From: Candidatus Aenigmatarchaeota archaeon | GTDB taxonomy: Archaea; Aenigmatarchaeota; Aenigmatarchaeia; CG10238-14 | Direction of reading: 5' to 3' | DNA: 51,027 bases | Assembly (NCBI GenBank): GCA_044343545.1 | Contig: JAWBZR010000004.1 | Location: forward strand, 1 to 51,027 | Part shown: positions 45,524 through 51,027 of the stretch, one piece after another | Position numbering within the stretch: the first letter of the stretch is position 1 | How the letters are laid out: every line of letters starts with the position of its first letter | The notes under the pieces: model-generated | What the model was told of the DNA's origin: nothing | Database searches by the model: none | What the model saw: the letters and a program-made list of their open reading frames with translations, nothing else | Translations under genes and position numbers: made by a program

Positions 45524-47497
45524 TTATGGAGTGCCTCCCAACCTTTCTTTTATTTCTTTCAACCTTTCTTCAACCTTTCTCTCTTTTTGTTTCTTATAAG
45601 CTACATACGCCAAATATATCGCCAATAGCAAAATTATTATCATTATAAAAAGCTCGAGCAATGACAAAGACACGTATTTTATCAAGATATTTATTTTCGG
45701 GCAAAAGTTCTTGTAATCTTTCATTTCAATAGAAACTTCAACACTTTCTTTTGCATCTCTTACTGCTTTCATGAAAGGAGGGAGTGCAAATATCTTTACC
45801 TTATAATATCTTCCTTTCATCAATATGTTCGCCTTTTCCATCAAGATTTCATAATCTTCTATTACTTTCAGAAATAACTCTTGCGATTTTTTGTAATCTT
45901 CTTTTTTCATGTATTCCTCGGCTAATGCAAATATATTGTTTGCTTCATCCATTTGCATTTTCAAGGAGGAAATATCCAAACAATTAAGTAATAAAATCTC
46001 GCTGGAATTTTTTTTAAGCATCTTCGCTTTTTCGTAAAGCATCAACGTCAAGTTCCTTTCATCGGTGGACAACCAAAAAATCAATCTTTCCTCATTGCTT
46101 TCTACTTCATTAACGGCTTTGACATTAACCTGATAAACGCCTTCCTTGGCATTTAATGAAGGTTTTATGAAAACCAAGAAACTTTTTTCTTCACCTACTT
46201 TCAGCTTGTCAATTTTGTAAGGTGTAATGTAGATCCATTCATTTGGCACTCCATCCACTTTTAATTTTATGCTTGACAGCTCCTTTTCGCCTGTATTTTT
46301 CACCTTTACTTCAAAGCTGCTTATGTTGCCTACAACACCCCCTATCTTGTATTTGTTCGCCTTTATCTCCAGCTTTTTGATTTCTATCTTCATTTGAGGA
46401 AAAGTTTCTCCACCTGAAATGGGTTGAGCGGGTTGTTTACATTCGATCAAATTAAATGTATCATAAGAAGAAATGTTTACTTTCCAATTTTCTGAAGTCA
46501 CATCCAAAATGGTGTGAAACGTGTACAACCCGCTATCAGCATTAGGCAAATTTAAGCTCACTATTTTTTCTAAATTATCTACAACAGCTATAGTTTCTTT
46601 TTTTTGAGCGTATGCATTGCTACCTTGTTGAACAATATAAGTAAGGTTTACATCCATCATACCTGGCGGAAACATTTTTAACACGTTTATTTTCGCTTTT
46701 ACTTCCCCTCCCTTACACGATTCTTTATATTGCGGAAGCACCTCGGTTTGCACGTCAAAAATAGCACTTGTCTGCACGTGAATCTTTACAGGTATATTCA
46801 AGACGACTTCATTATTTATATATGCCGCAATGTTGCCTTCATAATCTCCAGGCAAAGTATTCCAAGGCAAATCTATAAATATCAGAACTCTCGTGTAATT
46901 CCACGTTTCTGGGCTCAAATAAACAGGATTTTGTGAAAAATATATCCAATCTTTTATCTCCCCACTTTTGTTAAGAGTTACAGTTACACCATTGCACGCA
47001 AACATAAGCCACAGATAAAGATCTTTATTTATAAAATCTCCAGGAAAAACGGTTTCTTCTATGAAAGAAGGCGATGATACTAAAGTACCATATGATTGCT
47101 TTATTCTAAAGCTTGTTTGATTTCTAATGGTCATTCCGCTATAATTCAAATCTATAATCACGTGATACATTCCAGCAATATCACTATCTTTAACCTCTCT
47201 CAAAAAATAGTAGACTCTCTTTTCCAAAGGATTTATAGGTTGATCGTTCCAACTAACATTGTCATAAATTTCCAAATATTGATTCAATATGGTTTTGCTG
47301 AGGTTGAATAAGGTAGGTAAGTTTCCTACATTATTAACTTCTGATGTTATGTTGATTGTTTCGTTAGGGCAATAAGCTAAGGAAGACAGCTTGAAATCAA
47401 AAAGAAGATTGGGTTTGGCAGTCACGGACGAATTCATTATGACTTGGGCCGAGCATATAGGAAGCGAGATTAATAAAAATATCAACAGCAATCGCAT
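45524..47497 (-). CDS. Secreted multi-Ig protein with a helical stalk and C-terminal TM anchor
   Basis: Signal peptide followed by QVIMNSSV; CARDB/NEW3-like VNNVGN and VKNTGE domains; C-terminal TM helix and basic tail. Confidence 0.75.
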   Translation of the reverse strand: MRLLLIFLLISLPICSAQVIMNSSVTAKPNLLFDFKLSSLAYCPNETINITSEVNNVGNLPTLFNLSKTILNQYLEIYDNVSWNDQPINPLEKRVYYFLREVKDSDIAGMYHVIIDLNYSGMTIRNQTSFRIKQSYGTLVSSPSFIEETVFPGDFINKDLYLWLMFACNGVTVTLNKSGEIKDWIYFSQNPVYLSPETWNYTRVLIFIDLPWNTLPGDYEGNIAAYINNEVVLNIPVKIHVQTSAIFDVQTEVLPQYKESCKGGEVKAKINVLKMFPPGMMDVNLTYIVQQGSNAYAQKKETIAVVDNLEKIVSLNLPNADSGLYTFHTILDVTSENWKVNISSYDTFNLIECKQPAQPISGGETFPQMKIEIKKLEIKANKYKIGGVVGNISSFEVKVKNTGEKELSSIKLKVDGVPNEWIYITPYKIDKLKVGEEKSFLVFIKPSLNAKEGVYQVNVKAVNEVESNEERLIFWLSTDERNLTLMLYEKAKMLKKNSSEILLLNCLDISSLKMQMDEANNIFALAEEYMKKEDYKKSQELFLKVIEDYEILMEKANILMKGRYYKVKIFALPPFMKAVRDAKESVEVSIEMKDYKNFCPKINILIKYVSLSLLELFIMIIILLLAIYLAYVAYKKQKERKVEERLKEIKERLGGTP

Positions 47498-47520
47498 AAT
47501 TATTTTCTTATGATTCAGAA

Positions 47521-47530
47521 TTAATATTAA
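47521..47530. promoter_or_regulatory. Palindromic bidirectional TATA element TTAATATTAA
   Basis: Centre lies about 28-30 nt from ATG 47497 (-) and from in-frame GTG 47555 (+). Confidence 0.5.
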
Positions 47531-47533
47531 AGT

Positions 47534-48154
47534 ATGTCAAGAGAATTATTTAATGTGAAGGCAGAAAGGATATTGTTGATGTTCATTGTTTTTTGTCTTT
47601 TCTTGAAAGTGAATGAATCGGCAGACTTCATTTCTATCATGAACAGTTCTCTTGTACCCTATAACTTTTACTACATACAAACAAGTGCCGAGCTTTCCAA
47701 GGGAATATTATTCACGAATTCTACCGGCTCTGAAGAAAACAAGCAGTATCCTTTAATAGCAGGAAGTTGGGCCAACAACGCGATATGGAATTACAACAAG
47801 TCTAGCGGAAAAACAGAATATTGGGTGTTTGTTTATGTTATGGGAGTGGAATTGGATTTGTGTCACAATGCGAAGAATCATTTGTGTTCCACTCAAAATT
47901 GTAGCGGGCCTAACAACTATTTGATAGATATCAAGAATGCGAGATGGAGCATTTCGCTTCAGAATGATCTGGAAAATCCATCCCTAGCAGATTCCATTAG
48001 CTTTTCTCTTCAGCCTGAAAAATTTGCGACGAAAATAGGTTCGCCAACGACAATCTATTTTAGATATTGGCTTGACGTCCCGCCAAATTCTTCTGCAGCA
48101 AGCTATAACACTACCTATCAGATAACGAGTGTGGTGAGTGGATATGAATGCTAA
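47534..48154 (+). CDS. Secreted pilin-like subunit (paralog family A)
   Basis: Signal peptide; ISIMNSSL, GILFTNSTG, NNAIWNY, YFRYWLDVPPN and YNTTYQI; ends in Cys; start may be GTG 47555. Confidence 0.7.
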   Translation: MSRELFNVKAERILLMFIVFCLFLKVNESADFISIMNSSLVPYNFYYIQTSAELSKGILFTNSTGSEENKQYPLIAGSWANNAIWNYNKSSGKTEYWVFVYVMGVELDLCHNAKNHLCSTQNCSGPNNYLIDIKNARWSISLQNDLENPSLADSISFSLQPEKFATKIGSPTTIYFRYWLDVPPNSSAASYNTTYQITSVVSGYEC

Positions 48155-48650
48155 GCTTTTGCTTTTACTTTTAATTCCGATTTGTGCCTCAAAAACGTTG
48201 GGTGTATTTCCAACAAATGAAACTGTGGTAATAAACCCTTTCACAACACTCAATTTTGCATTTTATCTTCTCAATCCTTCTGATGAAGACGTTTATTTAA
48301 CTATAAATTTGTCGTGTGTTTGCAACAAGGAAATATATCAATATGCAGATGTATATCCTAAGCAAATCATCGTAGAAAAAAACACTACATTGTTGAACCC
48401 CAAACCAGTTTTGGTGAGAATAAAAAATCCTTTATTCTTGGAAAAGAAATTCAAAGGTGTAAAATTTATTCAGCCTATATTCGGTCAAAAGCAGCTTAGT
48501 TGCAGACTATCTGCAGTGTCGGAAGGACAAACTTCTTTAACAATTACATCTCAGTTGAATGCGAAACTAGTAGGAATAAATCCATTGAAATTATTCGCGT
48601 TAATCTTTCTATTATCATTTCTTCTTGCCATCTTTCTTCTTAGAGCTTAA
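48138..48650 (+). CDS. Membrane-anchored Ig-fold chaperone-like protein (paralog family B)
   Basis: Signal peptide; LGVFP...FYLLNPS; C-terminal TM helix; aligns with 48615-49319. Confidence 0.6.
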   Translation: MDMNAKLLLLLLIPICASKTLGVFPTNETVVINPFTTLNFAFYLLNPSDEDVYLTINLSCVCNKEIYQYADVYPKQIIVEKNTTLLNPKPVLVRIKNPLFLEKKFKGVKFIQPIFGQKQLSCRLSAVSEGQTSLTITSQLNAKLVGINPLKLFALIFLLSFLLAIFLLRA

Positions 48651-49319
48651 TTTCTTGTAAACAAATATCGTCGTTAATATCACCAGCAAGCAAAGGATTA
48701 TAAAGCTAGATAAAGGCATGCCCCTTGCATTCACTTCCAAGCTTGAACCAACGGAAGGGGTGACCCCCATACTTCCAAAACTAGAAGCATAAACGTCAGC
48801 AACTATCAAGCCCGTCAGCTTTTTTTCGCCTATGAACAAGCTATAGTACGGAAGAGTGAAACTGCCACCGTATTTTTTATTAAAAATTTTTATGAAAAAA
48901 TTTATCGCCTCTGGCGTGTATATTTTCAAGCTATTTTTGATTAAAAATTTTGGAGCAAAGATGATTTTTACGCTGGGTGCCTTTTCACCAAAAGAATTTG
49001 GTTGGATCGTGACATCATCCTTGTCAAAAACAAAAAACGATTTATGATCTATGGTTCTCTCTGCAACTTTTTTTCCAAATATTCTTACTTCTTTTGTGCA
49101 ATCCTTGCATTCGAAATATACCCTTGCTTTTATTTCATATATAGATGGATTTATCAATCTAATTGTGGTCACGTAATAATCAAAAACACTTCCTGATAAA
49201 TTTATGGAATAAGTGCTTATACCTATACCAACACCCTCGCTTGCTTCAGCTTGATAAAACCAAAAGAAAAAAAATAATATGATGAAGCAATACTTAAATA
49301 AAATTATTTTTTCTTTCAT
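48615..49319 (-). CDS. Membrane-anchored Ig-fold chaperone-like protein (paralog family B)
   Basis: Signal peptide; IGIS...IRLINPS and FIGEKKL; C-terminal TM helix and Lys tail. Confidence 0.6.
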   Translation of the reverse strand: MKEKIILFKYCFIILFFFFWFYQAEASEGVGIGISTYSINLSGSVFDYYVTTIRLINPSIYEIKARVYFECKDCTKEVRIFGKKVAERTIDHKSFFVFDKDDVTIQPNSFGEKAPSVKIIFAPKFLIKNSLKIYTPEAINFFIKIFNKKYGGSFTLPYYSLFIGEKKLTGLIVADVYASSFGSMGVTPSVGSSLEVNARGMPLSSFIILCLLVILTTIFVYKKLSSKKKDGKKK

Positions 49320-49333
49320 TTAACATAACCTTT

Positions 49334-49975
49334 TCAACAATTGCAGGTTCCAAACGATTGTGAGATTTCTACCGCTCTTATCTTGAAAGTATTGTTGTAA
49401 ACTCCTGAAGGTGCATTGTTTGGCCTGGGATCTATCCAGTATCTCATGTATATATAGCTACCAGGCGCCAAATTTCCCGCTATTAATTGATATGTATCTA
49501 TATCAGGAAAATAATAGTTGCTGTTGGGTGGAGAGTGAGTGGCGAATGTAGCAGTCGTACCATTTGCCCAACCAACGCCTCCATCAGTTGTGTAATTAAC
49601 GTAAAGCATGTCCACATCTTTAGCACAATCACCGCTGCTACATTTTAAGTTGTCGCACGCGCAGTGTGCTATTTTAATGTTAATCGTGTTTCCTGAACAT
49701 GCTTGAGCACTGTATACCGTACCACCTGATGCGCCCCAATAATTGCCCGTAGCATTGTTAAGTACAAGCATATTTGTTATAGGATATTGCACTCCAATAG
49801 TTGTGGTATTTGTAAAGAATATACCAGCCGAATAGTTGCCGGATAATTGAACACAAATAGGTTGCTGTATGCTAGCATTCATTATTGAAGTATACTCTTG
49901 TTGCCCACCTGTAACTGTTAGAGCTAGACATGCTATTAAGATGGCGATAGGAATTAGCAAATAATTTTCATTCAT
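49334..49975 (-). CDS. Secreted pilin-like subunit (paralog family A)
   Basis: Signal peptide; TSIMNASI, GIFFTNTT, NNATGNY, YMRYWIDPRPNNAPSGVYNNTFKI; ends GTCNC. Confidence 0.7.
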   Translation of the reverse strand: MNENYLLIPIAILIACLALTVTGGQQEYTSIMNASIQQPICVQLSGNYSAGIFFTNTTTIGVQYPITNMLVLNNATGNYWGASGGTVYSAQACSGNTINIKIAHCACDNLKCSSGDCAKDVDMLYVNYTTDGGVGWANGTTATFATHSPPNSNYYFPDIDTYQLIAGNLAPGSYIYMRYWIDPRPNNAPSGVYNNTFKIRAVEISQSFGTCNC

Positions 49976-50074
49976 AAATCTATTTATGGTATTAATTATT
50001 ATAAAAAATTTTGCCTGGTGGAAAATTATTTTAAAAAATTATTTTAATTAAATCCTAAAAGCAAAATAATAATT

Positions 50075-51027
50075 ATGAGAAAAATTTTGTTAGTGATATT
50101 TATCTTGTTTTCATTACCTATCATCAATGCCCAAACCCAATCACATCCTTTGAGCCAAATCACTCCAATAGATACGCATCTTAACATGAACAATTACAAC
50201 ATCATTAAAGTGAACAATTTAGGTGTAAACACCGCCTTGCCAAATAAAACAGTTGATATAGTTGGTGATCTGCAAGCAAGTGGAACTATTTTTGGAAATA
50301 TAATAAAAGTTGGAGGAGGGTTCGAGGGCAATGGTTTAACAATAGATCAATATGGTAATATATTGACAAAAGGTAACTTGACTTATTCTGGATACACTTA
50401 TATAATCGATACACTTCGTTTCAACGGAACTGCTGAAGTGCCTTTTGGTGTTAAGGGTGGTTATATATTTCCTGGAACATGTAATACCGGTGTTAATTGT
50501 TTGCAATCAAATTATTATTTCTATGTCGAATCCGGTAGAATAAAAGCAAATTCGGAATTTGAAGCAACGCAACTTTATGATGCAGGTAATAGAGTATTGA
50601 CTGGTTTAATAGGGGGAGGCGGTATTACAGTTAGCGGAGCAGCGCCAACACCCATAGTTTCTATAAATTATAATACAGACTTTCTTGGTTGGCAAAACTT
50701 GACATCCTATCCACCTGCTTGCCCGGCAGGACAATTCATAAGACAATTAGGTGATACAATAGTTTGCGAAACACCTGGTGTAGGTCCTGGTGGCGTAACA
50801 GGCTCTGGAACTGCTGGTTATATACCTATGTGGAATGGCACTCAAAGCATAAATAACTCTATAATTTATCAGTCAGGAAGTAATGTTGGAATTGGAACTA
50901 CTTCACCAATTAAAAAATTAGATGTAGTTGGAGATGTGAACGCAACTACGGCTGTTTATTCAGCTCAAGGATATTATGTCGGGACTACGCAGGTTATTGA
51001 TAGCTCAAGAAATGTTAATGCAGCAAG
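50075..51027 (+). CDS. Secreted phage-tail-fibre-like beta-repeat protein; 3' truncated (absent from the ORF track)
   Basis: Manual translation is open to the window end: MRKILLVIFILFSLPIINAQ..., CPAGQFIRQLGDTIVC, GSGTAGYIPMWNG, GSNVGIGTTSPIKKLDVVGDV. Confidence 0.75.
   Translation, partial: MRKILLVIFILFSLPIINAQTQSHPLSQITPIDTHLNMNNYNIIKVNNLGVNTALPNKTVDIVGDLQASGTIFGNIIKVGGGFEGNGLTIDQYGNILTKGNLTYSGYTYIIDTLRFNGTAEVPFGVKGGYIFPGTCNTGVNCLQSNYYFYVESGRIKANSEFEATQLYDAGNRVLTGLIGGGGITVSGAAPTPIVSINYNTDFLGWQNLTSYPPACPAGQFIRQLGDTIVCETPGVGPGGVTGSGTAGYIPMWNGTQSINNSIIYQSGSNVGIGTTSPIKKLDVVGDVNATTAVYSAQGYYVGTTQVIDSSRNVNAA

Noticed and set aside
499-48253. Numerous 60-137-aa ORFs antisense to or out of frame with long genes (e.g. 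2067-2348, 14013-14423, 29245-29607, 40710-41123)
   Set aside because: They overlap well-supported genes, have typical antisense Ser/Phe/Leu-rich composition and lack motifs.
50075-51027. Provirus suggested by the tail-fibre-like ORF
   Set aside because: The ORF has a Sec signal peptide, and no integrase, capsid, terminase, portal or att repeat is visible in the window.
1-51027. CRISPR arrays, IS elements/transposases, rRNA genes
   Set aside because: No regularly spaced direct repeats, transposase motifs or rRNA signatures seen by eye.

Overview
AT-rich, densely packed archaeal DNA. Evidence: archaeal S-layer protein, eL18/uL13/uS9, uL16, eS26-like protein, aIF-2beta, Sec61beta, NurA, archease/RtcB, GGTGA ribosome-binding sites and TATA boxes about 25-30 nt before leaderless starts. 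Broken conserved operons, very short intergenic spacers and many large surface proteins suggest a DPANN-type lineage (inference; Aenigmatarchaeota-like is a guess). Positions 1-34.9 kb are mostly housekeeping genes, plus an S-layer gene, two processive GT2 genes, a type IV pilus locus, two tRNAs and a compact RNase P RNA. The ORF track misses the RNAs, secG and the last, partial ORF. The most striking region is 34.9-51 kb, a surface-structure locus. It encodes a ~2200-aa protein that fuses a ~1800-aa sequon-rich extracellular adhesin through one TM helix to a cytoplasmic HerA/FtsK-type ATPase, translationally coupled to a coiled-coil protein. It also encodes three paralogous Cys-terminated pilin-like subunits, two paralogous membrane-anchored chaperone-like proteins in an inverted duplication, a membrane anchor sharing the subunits' N-terminal IMNSS motif, and a partial tail-fibre-like protein. 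Other oddities: a bacterial-type 3D-domain lipoprotein between metG and a free tRNA-binding domain, a radical SAM homolog lacking CxxxCxxC, a HEPN-MNT pair between rtcB and archease, and a candidate operator shared by promoters downstream of two membrane-anchored wHTH regulators. All family assignments come from motif recognition by eye; no database search or structure prediction was run.
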